From: a virus
Strand: one strand, 5' to 3'
Length of the DNA stretch: 64,000 bases
Virus record (IMG/VR): IMGVR_UViG_3300047445_000406
Span: 1-64,000 of that record
Part shown: piece after piece, positions 35,181-44,723 of the stretch
How positions within the stretch are numbered: position 1 is the stretch's first letter
Layout: every line of letters begins with the position of its first letter
The notes under the pieces: model-generated
Databases searched by the model: none
The model's input: the letters and a program-made list of their open reading frames with translations, nothing else
What the model was told of the DNA's origin: nothing
Program-made: the position numbers and the translations under genes

Positions 35181-37313
35181 ATGAGCAAACCAACGACCCG
35201 CATTGTTGCGGCCGTAGTGGATACCCGCAACCTGAAGCTGTACACCGCACTGGGCGAAACCATCCTGATCGAGCAAGGCGATCCCCGCCTGCGTAAGATC
35301 CTGGAAGCGGCCACCCCCCAGCTGGTGAAACAAGGCTACGCCGATGTCGTCATTGAAGAGGGCGAGAACAGCTACGCCGAGTTCGAGCAGCAGGGATCCG
35401 GCGCCGTCCGCTTTTTTCGCATCGCCAAAGACAAGCTGAGCAAGTTCTTCAGCGACAAGGCAGCACAGGTACCGGACACCAGCCCGGTCATGGAAATGTC
35501 GATTGGTAAGGTGCCTGTCCCGGCACCACGCCATCCGTCAGACACCGGCATCATCATGGGTACCACGGCAGAATTGCCAGTGGAACCCAGCCAGGCAATT
35601 CCTGCCCAGTTGATTGCTGATGCTGCCGAAGCCATCGAGCGATTCGGTGATGACGAGCTGGAACGTTTCCGCGATCAGCAGGAAGCTGCTGAAGCCACTG
35701 AGCTGTCCCAGGAACTGTCGACGCTGGAAACGGAAGCAGAGCAGGTGGCCGAGCTGAACAAGGTGGAAGCGGATGCCGACACGGCTCGTGCCATGGCCGC
35801 GGTCAACGAGATCCTGGCCCATGCCACGCCGGTGTCGTCGGCCGAGTTCCATGAACGCGGTATCGCCAAGCAGGGCAATATCCGTGACACCAACGGCCAG
35901 ACGGACAAGCAGCGTGACGATGCCGAGAAGGACAACGCGCCTTCGACCATCATCGCGGTGGTGGACGGTACCACCATCATCCCCGGCATGGAACGCATCA
36001 AGACCCAGTTCGGCCGGGCCGCCAAGATGGGCTCGACCCAGGGTGCAGAAAACTTCCTGCGACGCCTGGGTTCGGTCATCGAACAACGCAGCCACAGTGT
36101 GGAAGACCTGCTGAAGTTCATGGAGCGTGCCGATACACCGATCGCTGATGATGGCTCGATCATCATCTACAAGGTGCTCAAGCGTAAGGGTGGCCGTGAC
36201 AGCGGCAAGTTTGTCGACTGCCATACCAAGCTGGTGGAACAGTGGACCGGTGCCTATGTGTGCATGGATCCATCGCTGGTGGACCACGTGCGCAGCAATG
36301 AGTGCTCGAACGGCCTGCATGTGGCCCGTCGTGGCTACCTGCGTGAGTTCAGTGGTGATGTCTGCGTGCTGGCCAAGCTGGCGCCGGAAGACGTGATCAC
36401 CGTTCCGTCCTATGACGCCAACAAGATGCGGGTCTGTGGCTACCACATCCTGGTGGAACTGTCGGACAAGCAATATCAACTGGTGCGCAACAACAGGCCG
36501 CTCACCGATGACGAAGAAGGCAAGCGTCTGTTGGCAGCGGTCATCGCCGGCAAGCATGTGCGCCGCACCCACGAAGTCCGTATTGGCGGCCATCAAGGCA
36601 CCAACGTCACGGTCAAGGAGCTGTCCGAACAGGAAGCACCGAAACCAGTAAAGACAGCCGATGCGCCAAAGGAAGTGGTGGCCCTGGAAGATCCGCAGAA
36701 AGAGGCGGAAGATAAGCCAGTGGATCCCAAGGCCGTGGTCAAGCAGGTCGACGCCGTGTCCAGGAAAGACCAAGCAGCCAAGTTGTACCTGGAATGGAAG
36801 GCAACTTTGGGTACTGACTTCCATGCTAGTACGGCTGACCGCTTGCGCCAGTTCAAACGTGAGTCCAAAGTCAGCTGGGAGAAGCTGGGCATCACCGATC
36901 CGGAGTTCACCGGCAAAGTGAAACCTGAGCAACTGCTGAAAGGTAAGAACTACGCCAAGAAAAAAGCCAAGATTGAGAAGATCGCAAAAGCTGTGGCGAA
37001 AAAGGCTGCTAAAGTCACAATCCCAACCAACACCAAGGAGAAGACTGTGAACATCGAAACCGCTGACACCCCTGCTTCTATCTCTACCACTGTCTCGCAA
37101 CCGGCCAAGTTCCCAACCATCACCGAAATCACCGTGTCCACCGAATCGGCCCGTGTCCGCATCAGTCAACTGCGTGCCATTGGCCTGGCTTCCACCGGTG
37201 TGCCGGAAGCGATCTACAAGATCAAGCAGCAATCGAAGAAGTCCTGGTCCACCCTGGGCGTCTCCGAAGCAGAAGCTGCTGACATCATGCAGCGGGCCGG
37301 CGTCACCAAGTAA
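35181..37313 (+). CDS. rIIB: rIIB-like protein
   Basis: LLKFME--D-PI-DDG-IIIYK, DCHT, ECSNGLHVA, PEDVI-VP-YD-NKMRVC-Y; follows rIIA. Confidence 0.9.
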   Translation: MSKPTTRIVAAVVDTRNLKLYTALGETILIEQGDPRLRKILEAATPQLVKQGYADVVIEEGENSYAEFEQQGSGAVRFFRIAKDKLSKFFSDKAAQVPDTSPVMEMSIGKVPVPAPRHPSDTGIIMGTTAELPVEPSQAIPAQLIADAAEAIERFGDDELERFRDQQEAAEATELSQELSTLETEAEQVAELNKVEADADTARAMAAVNEILAHATPVSSAEFHERGIAKQGNIRDTNGQTDKQRDDAEKDNAPSTIIAVVDGTTIIPGMERIKTQFGRAAKMGSTQGAENFLRRLGSVIEQRSHSVEDLLKFMERADTPIADDGSIIIYKVLKRKGGRDSGKFVDCHTKLVEQWTGAYVCMDPSLVDHVRSNECSNGLHVARRGYLREFSGDVCVLAKLAPEDVITVPSYDANKMRVCGYHILVELSDKQYQLVRNNRPLTDDEEGKRLLAAVIAGKHVRRTHEVRIGGHQGTNVTVKELSEQEAPKPVKTADAPKEVVALEDPQKEAEDKPVDPKAVVKQVDAVSRKDQAAKLYLEWKATLGTDFHASTADRLRQFKRESKVSWEKLGITDPEFTGKVKPEQLLKGKNYAKKKAKIEKIAKAVAKKAAKVTIPTNTKEKTVNIETADTPASISTTVSQPAKFPTITEITVSTESARVRISQLRAIGLASTGVPEAIYKIKQQSKKSWSTLGVSEAEAADIMQRAGVTK

Positions 37314-37336
37314 TCCCACCGTAAAGGAATTTCTTT

Positions 37337-37879
37337 ATGTCTGACCTCAGTGAACTGAATCAGCTCAAACGCCGTCTGGAAGAGGGCGTCATTGTCGTCC
37401 CCTTCTGCACGTGCTGGCTGTTCACCGAGGCAGGCAGGGAAAACCGCAACGGTTACAGCCGGCTGTGGTGGAAGGGCAAGGAACGGATGGCGCACATCCT
37501 GTCCTATGAAGCGCATGTCGGCCCGGTACCCTCTGGCTTGCTGGTGGACCACCGCTGCCGCATGCGCTGCTGTATCAACCCCGACCACCTGGAGCCCGTG
37601 ACGCCACGGGTCAACACCCTGCGCGGTGAAACCCTGTTGTTCGGTCACGGGCGCTGCCCCGTCACCGGCCAAGCCAAGGAGAAAATCCATGTCCTCCCCC
37701 ATACTACACATCCACGCGCCCAAGGCCTCCTACATTGGGCAGGTCCGCAAGAAGGGCTTCAAGCTGTGGAAGACCGTGACACCTTCCATGACCTCATCCG
37801 AATCGGCTTTGAGGCGCCTGGCCACGAAGCTGGGCAACTACGACTACGGCCGTATCGTTATGAGCCAGGAGTTCTATGA
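37337..37879 (+). CDS. HNH endonuclease
   Basis: CWLFT...GYSR...AHILSYE-HVGP-P--LLVDHRC----CINPDHLEPVT--VN. Confidence 0.85.
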   Translation: MSDLSELNQLKRRLEEGVIVVPFCTCWLFTEAGRENRNGYSRLWWKGKERMAHILSYEAHVGPVPSGLLVDHRCRMRCCINPDHLEPVTPRVNTLRGETLLFGHGRCPVTGQAKEKIHVLPHTTHPRAQGLLHWAGPQEGLQAVEDRDTFHDLIRIGFEAPGHEAGQLRLRPYRYEPGVL

Positions 37880-37913
37880 TCCGGTGGTGGTCTGGGAACT
37901 GAAGAAACCCTGA
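37689..37913 (+). CDS. Hypothetical protein overlapped by the HNH tail
   Basis: AAGGAG RBS before ATG 37689; phage-typical codon usage in this frame. Confidence 0.6.
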   Translation: MSSPILHIHAPKASYIGQVRKKGFKLWKTVTPSMTSSESALRRLATKLGNYDYGRIVMSQEFYDPVVVWELKKP

Positions 37914-37923
37914 AAGGATAATT

Positions 37924-38910
37924 ATGCCCACTACCGAAAACCAGACTACCCAAGGCAAAGCAGAGAGTATTGATACTGTCGATTTCCGTGCACTATTAGC
38001 AGATGTTGTGGAGCATTACTATTACCCGAAGGGTAAAGAAGTAACGAATGCTCTCATCACCCGCATCGAAGCCTGGGGAGAACAGCAGCATGCCATTGGC
38101 CTTGTAGAAGGACAGATGCTGGCCAGGAAAGATGTGGCGCACTATCACGCAGTGGCCCAGAAAGCCAAAGACGGATTGGCGAATTGGGAGCGGATTATTG
38201 AAACAGCTATGGCGCTGGACTACGCCAATCGAGCCATGAAAGCTGAAGCCGAACTCAAGGCCATCGCCGAAAGGCAAGCAGATAGGCTGTCGAAGCTGCA
38301 GCGTTACATTCAGTCGCCGATGCTGAATATACGAGCAGAAACAGAAGGCCCGCTGGTGTTTTTCTCCGATGTTCAGGCCATTCTCTCGCCCGCACAGCAA
38401 GAGCCAGCAAAGTTCCCGCCCTTGGAATTCTCGCACGATGTGTTGGGCAACAAGGTAGCGGCCAGCGCCACCGATGCAGGGCAAGATGAAAGGTCAGCGA
38501 TGCTGGCGCAGATGGAAAAGGATTCGGCATTTATCGACGAAGCGCACCATGGCATCACCAACGGCATTTCTATGCCCGACAAGTACCGCGAGCGCGCCAC
38601 CCCAGCGCAAGCCACGCCAGATGGTGGGCATCCATCCGTTACCAAGCTGTGGAAGAAGTGGATGGTTAAGGAAGGGTTTATCGAAAATCAGCTTGACTCT
38701 GACACTGGCTTCGACTCATCCATCCAGCAAATGCGTCAATGCTATTTGGATGCCTATGCAGCTGGAGCGGCGAGTCTGCAACGCGCTAACCATGCGATAA
38801 GCGATGAGCTGGCCACCTACAAGGCGATGATCGATCTGTATGGTACGCAGCAGTTGGAAGATGCGATCGCTGCTGCCCTTGAAGCAAACCAGCAGGCAAA
38901 GAAACCTTGA
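37924..38910 (+). CDS. Mosaic hypothetical protein
   Basis: AAGGA RBS; 328 aa; codon usage visibly different from neighbours. Confidence 0.65.
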   Translation: MPTTENQTTQGKAESIDTVDFRALLADVVEHYYYPKGKEVTNALITRIEAWGEQQHAIGLVEGQMLARKDVAHYHAVAQKAKDGLANWERIIETAMALDYANRAMKAEAELKAIAERQADRLSKLQRYIQSPMLNIRAETEGPLVFFSDVQAILSPAQQEPAKFPPLEFSHDVLGNKVAASATDAGQDERSAMLAQMEKDSAFIDEAHHGITNGISMPDKYRERATPAQATPDGGHPSVTKLWKKWMVKEGFIENQLDSDTGFDSSIQQMRQCYLDAYAAGAASLQRANHAISDELATYKAMIDLYGTQQLEDAIAAALEANQQAKKP

Positions 38911-38920
38911 AAGGAGTGTC

Positions 38921-39436
38921 ATGGATCTCTCACGTGATACCTATGTGCGTTACGTGTGCCCGGACTGCGGCACTGGGGGTTCCCACCCCCAGGCCTTGCC
39001 GGCCCCACTTTGCCACCTGTGCAACTACAAGGTGACGATGGTACGGGAACAAGTTACCATCGGGACTTTCTCACCACCCCGAAAGGAAACGCGCATGATC
39101 TCTCCCACTCCTGGCCGTGTCGTCTGGGTCTACCATGCTGGTGGCTCATCCTTTGTCCTGCCGGATGATGGCCAGCCATGTGCCGGCATCGTGGCCCGTG
39201 TCTGGCATGACCGCATGGTCAACCTGGCCGTATTCGATGCCAATGGCCAGTCCTTCCCCATGACCTCGGTGATCCTGGTACAAGAAGGCGACACCGCCCC
39301 TGAACACGGGGTCTACGCCACCTGGATGCCATACCAGGTTGGACAAGCCAAGAAACACGCTGCAGAAGACGCTGTAAAAATCCTGGGCAGTGCTGATGGT
39401 GTGGTGAAAGCCGACCAGACCGGCATCTACAAATAG
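38921..39436 (+). CDS. Zn-ribbon fused to a conserved phage domain (second in-frame start at 39095)
   Basis: CPDC...CHLC then ISPTPGRVVW...A-IVARVW-D-MVNLAVFDANG...WMPYQVGQA; RBS at both starts. Confidence 0.65.
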   Translation: MDLSRDTYVRYVCPDCGTGGSHPQALPAPLCHLCNYKVTMVREQVTIGTFSPPRKETRMISPTPGRVVWVYHAGGSSFVLPDDGQPCAGIVARVWHDRMVNLAVFDANGQSFPMTSVILVQEGDTAPEHGVYATWMPYQVGQAKKHAAEDAVKILGSADGVVKADQTGIYK

Positions 39437-39507
39437 CTTTAAACACCCTCCAAACGCTCCAGCTAGGCTTTTCTCCTCATGGCTGGAGCTTTCCCCCTCC
39501 CCATAAC

Positions 39508-39530
39508 AAAAAACGCCCCGTAGGGCGTCT
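39508..39530 (-). terminator. Intrinsic terminator of the lysis cassette
   Basis: Minus strand GACGCCC-TACG-GGGCGTT-TTTT. Confidence 0.8.
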
Positions 39531-39553
39531 CCTGTAGATCCGATCACCCCCTT

Positions 39554-40111
39554 TCAACTGGCCGGCGGCGTGTATGTCTTTACTGGCCCGATGTAGCCGT
39601 GCTCAACGGCCCATTGCTGGACGGCGCGGAGGATTTCAAGGTAGCCGTCGGCTTCGTCGGCGGAATCTTGAAGGTCTTCATCAACCTGTTGCGGAAGTGC
39701 GATCGTGGCGGCAAGGGTGTCGCCAGATCGGCCGGTGCCTGTGGCGTCGGCTTCTGCGGCAAGGTTACTACGTCCGGCACAGGCGGCGGCGTCGATGCGC
39801 AGCCCGCCATTAGCAGTGATAAGACGACGATTATCAGCGCGGGCAGTAGCAAGTTCTGCCTTGGCGGTAACAAGTGCTTCATTGGCTTTCCTTTCGATTT
39901 CATTGTCCTGCTTGACGACGGCGACCACTTCGCCGGTGTGGGCAATGGCCGTCCTGGCCACATTGGAGACACGCTGGTTTTCACGGGTCTGCCAACGGCC
40001 CTTCTCCAGGTCGGACCCCACCTGCTCGCCATAGGCATAGCAGCCCAGGCAAACCAGGATGAAGGCGATGATGCCGCCCAAGGCAGCAATCAGCTTGGCT
40101 TGAATGCTCAT
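39554..40111 (-). CDS. Rz-like inner-membrane spanin
   Basis: N-terminal TM, coiled coil, GLRIDAAAC, C-terminal ADEAD--L--LRAVQQW; start ATG 40111. Confidence 0.85.
   Translation of the reverse strand: MSIQAKLIAALGGIIAFILVCLGCYAYGEQVGSDLEKGRWQTRENQRVSNVARTAIAHTGEVVAVVKQDNEIERKANEALVTAKAELATARADNRRLITANGGLRIDAAACAGRSNLAAEADATGTGRSGDTLAATIALPQQVDEDLQDSADEADGYLEILRAVQQWAVEHGYIGPVKTYTPPAS
39580..39882 (-). CDS. Rz1-like outer-membrane lipoprotein spanin (embedded in Rz)
   Basis: Alternate frame inside Rz; signal peptide with lipobox LMAG-C and Pro-rich mature part. Confidence 0.8.
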   Translation of the reverse strand: MKHLLPPRQNLLLPALIIVVLSLLMAGCASTPPPVPDVVTLPQKPTPQAPADLATPLPPRSHFRNRLMKTFKIPPTKPTATLKSSAPSSNGPLSTATSGQ

Positions 40112-40749
40112 GCTTGGAAGACCTCCCTGCACAGTTTGGTTTTGGCGACACGCTTGGCAAAGCCTTCAGCGTCCCCCTGCTTCTTGGTTTGGCGGCCGAT
40201 GTTGACCATGTCGCTGATGGCATCGATGTTGCCGAAGTCCGCCAGGCGGTTGCCGCCGTGCTTCCACCAGAACCAGCAAGCCGATTCAGCCGCCCCTTCC
40301 GGGGTGGCCAGGTAATCACCGATGCCCTCCAGTGGGCGGTCCACCGCATCGGCAAAGGCAGCCTGGTTATCCCGCCCGGTAAGCTGAATCCAGCCGGCAC
40401 CGCGGTGCAGCCAGCCATCATCGGTACCCTGGCCGCGGTTGCCCATGCGGTCGCCATACACATAGTTGGCCAGCTTTTGCGGCTGCCGTTCGTACTGGCG
40501 GGCGATCTCTATGGAGGGGAAGCGGAAAGGCCAGACTTGCAGCAGGCGCTCGGCCCGGTAGTTCATGCCTTCGCGGAAGGCGGTCAGGTCATCGGACTCC
40601 ACCAGCAGCTGGCCCATGAAACAAGCCAGACGGGTAGGGGTGTCGATGCCATACAGGTCCAGGTAGCGGTTCAGGATGGTTGCGTAAGACGCAGCCTTGT
40701 TGCCAACCAGAGGAGCAATCCTGCTTAAGGCTTCAGGAGTGACGTTCAA
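40108..40749 (-). CDS. Endolysin, glycoside hydrolase family 19
   Basis: RLACFMGQLLVES, REGMNY, ANYVYG-RMGN, DGWLHRGAGWIQLTGRDN, SACWFW; TTG start. Confidence 0.9.
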   Translation of the reverse strand: MNVTPEALSRIAPLVGNKAASYATILNRYLDLYGIDTPTRLACFMGQLLVESDDLTAFREGMNYRAERLLQVWPFRFPSIEIARQYERQPQKLANYVYGDRMGNRGQGTDDGWLHRGAGWIQLTGRDNQAAFADAVDRPLEGIGDYLATPEGAAESACWFWWKHGGNRLADFGNIDAISDMVNIGRQTKKQGDAEGFAKRVAKTKLCREVFQA

Positions 40750-41051
40750 CGTGACCTCCGTTCGTTGGGGATGTTGGTGTGGATGCGCAGGATGGTGCCA
40801 ATACGGCGTTCAGCCAGCAGCAGCAAAGCCAAGCCAGCCAAGGTAATCAGGATGGTGGCCGGTGGCACGTAGCCACGCAGGATGGCCACATTCAAGCTGG
40901 CGGTGCCGACCACCATCAACCAGAAAGCCAGTCGGATTGGCAGGATGCACTGGTGCGACATCAGGTTGAGGACCGACTCGGCACGCCAGAAGATGGTCCC
41001 TGCCAGGGTAAAGCCCAGTACCTGCAGGATCAGGTTTAAGGTAAGGCTCAT
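40746..41051 (-). CDS. Three-TM membrane protein (holin/antiholin candidate)
   Basis: Three hydrophobic helices, basic C-terminus, adjacent to endolysin. Confidence 0.65.
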   Translation of the reverse strand: MSLTLNLILQVLGFTLAGTIFWRAESVLNLMSHQCILPIRLAFWLMVVGTASLNVAILRGYVPPATILITLAGLALLLLAERRIGTILRIHTNIPNERRSR

Positions 41052-41416
41052 TTGGTGTATTCCTCCACTTTCTTGGCAGCGAACTTCATGACGGCCGGAC
41101 CCAGTACACGGTGCGAGGTCAGGCCGACCAATACAGCGATTGGGAGTTGCAGTGCAGAGAAAGTGATGACGCCGCGTACCGTCGAAGAGGTAGCGGCAAT
41201 GGCCGTGGCCAAGGGAGCCAGGTAACCCGCCAGCAAGGCTGCCAGGGCGATCAGGGCCAGACGGCGCCAGATCGATGCAGGCGGGTTATAACTCTGCGCC
41301 CATAAGCCCCCGGCGACGCCGGCAATCAGGACAGCGGGATCCAGTCCTGTCGACACGCCGAAGAGGGTGAGTCCTGCAGCGAGTGCGGTACCGGCAGTGA
41401 CGCTCGGTTCAGCCAT
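41048..41416 (-). CDS. Putative holin
   Basis: MAEP start, multiple TM segments, first gene of lysis cassette. Confidence 0.7.
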   Translation of the reverse strand: MAEPSVTAGTALAAGLTLFGVSTGLDPAVLIAGVAGGLWAQSYNPPASIWRRLALIALAALLAGYLAPLATAIAATSSTVRGVITFSALQLPIAVLVGLTSHRVLGPAVMKFAAKKVEEYTK

Positions 41417-41527
41417 AATGTTTACCCCTTGTTGTTTGAAATTAACAAGTATGGTACCAGAGTAATCTTTCTCTATACAGCAATATGTCTATCAAACCAT
41501 ATTACTCTGTGGTACTAAAAAGTGCTG

Positions 41528-41555
41528 AAAAAATGGCCCCGCAGGACCATTCTTT
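41528..41555 (-). terminator. Intrinsic terminator after the tail module
   Basis: Minus strand AATGGTCC-TGCG-GGGCCATT-TTT. Confidence 0.65.
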
Positions 41556-41582
41556 GAACACTTACAGACTTGGTGAAGCCAG

Positions 41583-42035
41583 TTAAGCGGCCAGCAGGAT
41601 CGGACGCTCCAGCATCCACAGGTGCTGCGGCGTGATGCGCTTGGCGCCGATGCGGAACAGGTCACAGCCACCCTGCTCCAGTGCCCAGGCCACCAGCTCG
41701 CTGCAGAACCAGGACGTGTCATCCGACCAGTCGCGGTGGAAGCCGACGCCGGCCACGCCCAGCCAGTCATAGGGCTTGCCGATCTGGCTGCGCGCTGCTT
41801 CACAGGTACGCCGTTCGTCGGACTCGAACTCCACGATGGCCCAGCGCGAGGAGTCTTTCTTGAATTGATCAAGGCGGGTGTACAGCACCTCGCTCTTGCC
41901 GAACGGATGGGCCACAGCCTGGATCACATAGTCGCCATCGATGATCCCGCAATGGGACCAGGGCGACCACATGGCTGTCCGCAAGGCCACGGAGCCCAGG
42001 TTACGACGACGGGAGAAGATGACGCGGACAGTCAT
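41583..42035 (-). CDS. Permuted papain-like NlpC/P60 (YiiX/YebB-type) protein
   Basis: WSHCGI (His first), GKPYDW, WFCSELVAWAL (Cys second). Confidence 0.85.
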   Translation of the reverse strand: MTVRVIFSRRRNLGSVALRTAMWSPWSHCGIIDGDYVIQAVAHPFGKSEVLYTRLDQFKKDSSRWAIVEFESDERRTCEAARSQIGKPYDWLGVAGVGFHRDWSDDTSWFCSELVAWALEQGGCDLFRIGAKRITPQHLWMLERPILLAA

Positions 42036-42053
42036 GGGTCGCTCCTTAGTTCT

Positions 42054-42731
42054 TTAGTTAATGTTGATGCCGTACCGTTCCGGCCAGCCGGTCATGATGT
42101 TGTAGGCTTCCGGCGTGTCGGAGGCATTGAGCATGGCCCGGTGCTGCTCGGCCCGGATGAACAGGGAAGCGTCCAGTTCCTTGGTGGCCTGCACCACGTC
42201 ATAAGCCAGTTGCACCGTGACCGGAGCGAAGGTACCGCCCATGGTTTTCCACATCACCTGCTGGCCACCGAGCTTGATCGCTTCGTGCATGGGCTTGCCG
42301 TCGGCCAGCAGATCACGCGCCGAATCCTTCAGGCCCAGCCACTTGGTACGCGAAGCACCATCGGTATGAAACCAGGCACCACCCACCTTGACGCCACCAT
42401 CAACACGCGGACCATCCCGTTCCGCCTTGATGGCTTCCCATTTCTGAACCTTGGCGGCCGCACGGGAAGCGGCGATCTGCTCCTGTGGGATGTCCTGCAC
42501 TTCCCACTGCTGCACCCAGTTGCCCAGGGCATCCTGCTGCACGCCGATGCGCACCACCACCTGGTTGATGCCGGGAGTGGGCTGCGGTGATGGCAGCACC
42601 GGATCGGCTGCCAACTCATCCAGCATGGATTGGCTCAGGATGGCCGGCAGCATCTTGGTCGGATGGATGGTATTGCGGAAGTCCTGGTCGGTGACAATGG
42701 CGCCATTGACGCGCAGACGGTATTCGTTCAT
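42054..42731 (-). CDS. Tail-fibre-associated / assembly protein (DUF4376-like C-terminus)
   Basis: W-QQWEV, WEAIKAERD---GGVKV-G-WFHTD--SR, WKTM-GTF, GWP. Confidence 0.7.
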   Translation of the reverse strand: MNEYRLRVNGAIVTDQDFRNTIHPTKMLPAILSQSMLDELAADPVLPSPQPTPGINQVVVRIGVQQDALGNWVQQWEVQDIPQEQIAASRAAAKVQKWEAIKAERDGPRVDGGVKVGGAWFHTDGASRTKWLGLKDSARDLLADGKPMHEAIKLGGQQVMWKTMGGTFAPVTVQLAYDVVQATKELDASLFIRAEQHRAMLNASDTPEAYNIMTGWPERYGININ

Positions 42732-42743
42732 GGGTAGTCCTTA

Positions 42744-44723
42744 TTAAGCGATGGCCAGGTAAATGTAGTTGGCCGCATTCACGTTGAGGTTGGTGGCCGC
42801 CAGTTGGTTGATGATGAAGCCAGAGGCATCTGGATCGATGCTGTCATCGGTGGTGACTTCGGCTGCAGTTCCATTAAGACTGAGATGAGGGTCGTTACCA
42901 GCTACGATGCCACGCACGGTGTCCCACACAAACCAGTCCCCCGTGCTATCGGTACGTTTAATCAGTACAAAGCGAGCACCTGCGGTGAAGCCACAGTTAA
43001 TCGTCTGCGAACTGCCATTACCCACATAGGAACTCACTTTACTAACACCTGCCAGTGTCGCAAATAAATAAGCAACAAAGTTAACACCATTGCCATTGAC
43101 TTCCGGGGCATTACTAACAGTGAATACGCTGGATGTCATACCATCTGTTTTACAGATAGCAGAGTTTTGTACCGCATAGTTCAAGTCGAGATACAGTCCT
43201 TTACTGCTATTACCAGAGTAAGCACCCAAAGAAGCACAGAATACTTGCCAATGATATGTACTATTCCGTGACTTAAAAATGATCATCTCTGGGGGTACAG
43301 CAAGACCATGAGATATTGCCCTTGAAGCATTGCTATTACCTGTATAGCAAACTTCATCCATAAATCCTGGAGCACGTTTGAAGAAGTGATTTATGTACGT
43401 TTGAGCATTCGCATTGACAGAACCGCCAGCCCCATTGATGGTGTATCCATCTGGATTCAGTGTGGAAAGTTGTCCAGTTTCTCCAGTGGTTTCCGCATCG
43501 ATGGTATCGAATTTGAGGCGCGGCGAACCGGTAATATTGGGTAATACCCCACGTAGACGGTCAAAGGTATGCCAATCCGAATCAGAGCCACGGGCACGCT
43601 GTGAACTCCACAACCAGTCCGGAGAAAAGCCTACTCCGGTCACCGTTGCAGCAGCTCCTGTCCCAGTCCTGGCAATGGCGTTATATACCTGGGTGCCGCT
43701 AGTGGGTGGTTTGTTCGGGCGGCGAATCGCTACGTAAATAAACGTAGCACCGGATCCCGACCAAGAAGCGCCGACATTAAATCCAAAAGGCCGTGGACCA
43801 AGACCGTATCCATCGCTCCAGGTGCCTTCTGTGTCAGGTAAGTTTGGAACTATGACCTTGTCACCGCCATCAGCAGGTAAACCCCTGGCGTTATCCAGAA
43901 TAAACCAATTACTGGTATAGCCGGCCGCTTTGCAAAAAACCATTTGTGGTTCCCAGCCCAGCGTCACATCCTGTGCAGTGGATGCGTTGTAATCAAATGA
44001 TCCGCATTGAATCAGACCATCCGCACTGGGATCATGAGCAAACAGATAGGCGACGTAATTGATGCCGTTCGCATTGACGGCAGTAATGTCTACACCACCA
44101 GCATAGACCGTGAATGCGGATGCACTGGTAATGCCGGCGTAACCATTATTAATCGCGGCGGCGCTATTTTCTGCACCGGTGGTGTTAAGGGTCACCGCAT
44201 GGAAAGTGGAGCCATTGCTGTTCCTGCCACGAAGGGTCCAATTGGAGGTGGAATTGAATGCCTTGATGACCACGACCCCGGTACCAATCCCCAGGTTGTG
44301 TGGGATCTGCCTGCCGGAGGTACCGTCACCTGTGTAAGTCACAATGTCAAAAAACTTCGGCGCCTTGCGGAACGTCCAGGAGACATAAGTATTGCCGTTG
44401 ACGTTGATCTTTGCGTAGCTTCCCATCGAGAAGCCATTGCTGTTGAAGGCATTGATGGAAGTGCTGTCGGTAATTTCTGCACCAGTGGTATCCGACCGTA
44501 TCTGTTTATTCACACCCCTGGCCGTATCCACCCAATTATGTTCGGTAGCAATGTCACGGCCTTTAATCCAGACTAGACCACCCTTGCCAGCCAGGTCGAT
44601 GCCATTGTTGATCGACTGGCTGCTACCATTGCCGGTGTAGGTATAAGTCGAGAACACGTCTTCAGCATAAAGCTTAGGACCAGGATTGCCGCTGGAGCCC
44701 AGCACTGCAGCAAGTTTGCTCAT
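42744..44723 (-). CDS. Tail fibre / receptor-binding protein with internal repeats
   Basis: About six ~110-aa modules (YTGNG...LVWIK/FVLIK...W..D..RG...N.NG..YVAYLFA). Confidence 0.8.
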   Translation of the reverse strand: MSKLAAVLGSSGNPGPKLYAEDVFSTYTYTGNGSSQSINNGIDLAGKGGLVWIKGRDIATEHNWVDTARGVNKQIRSDTTGAEITDSTSINAFNSNGFSMGSYAKINVNGNTYVSWTFRKAPKFFDIVTYTGDGTSGRQIPHNLGIGTGVVVIKAFNSTSNWTLRGRNSNGSTFHAVTLNTTGAENSAAAINNGYAGITSASAFTVYAGGVDITAVNANGINYVAYLFAHDPSADGLIQCGSFDYNASTAQDVTLGWEPQMVFCKAAGYTSNWFILDNARGLPADGGDKVIVPNLPDTEGTWSDGYGLGPRPFGFNVGASWSGSGATFIYVAIRRPNKPPTSGTQVYNAIARTGTGAAATVTGVGFSPDWLWSSQRARGSDSDWHTFDRLRGVLPNITGSPRLKFDTIDAETTGETGQLSTLNPDGYTINGAGGSVNANAQTYINHFFKRAPGFMDEVCYTGNSNASRAISHGLAVPPEMIIFKSRNSTYHWQVFCASLGAYSGNSSKGLYLDLNYAVQNSAICKTDGMTSSVFTVSNAPEVNGNGVNFVAYLFATLAGVSKVSSYVGNGSSQTINCGFTAGARFVLIKRTDSTGDWFVWDTVRGIVAGNDPHLSLNGTAAEVTTDDSIDPDASGFIINQLAATNLNVNAANYIYLAIA

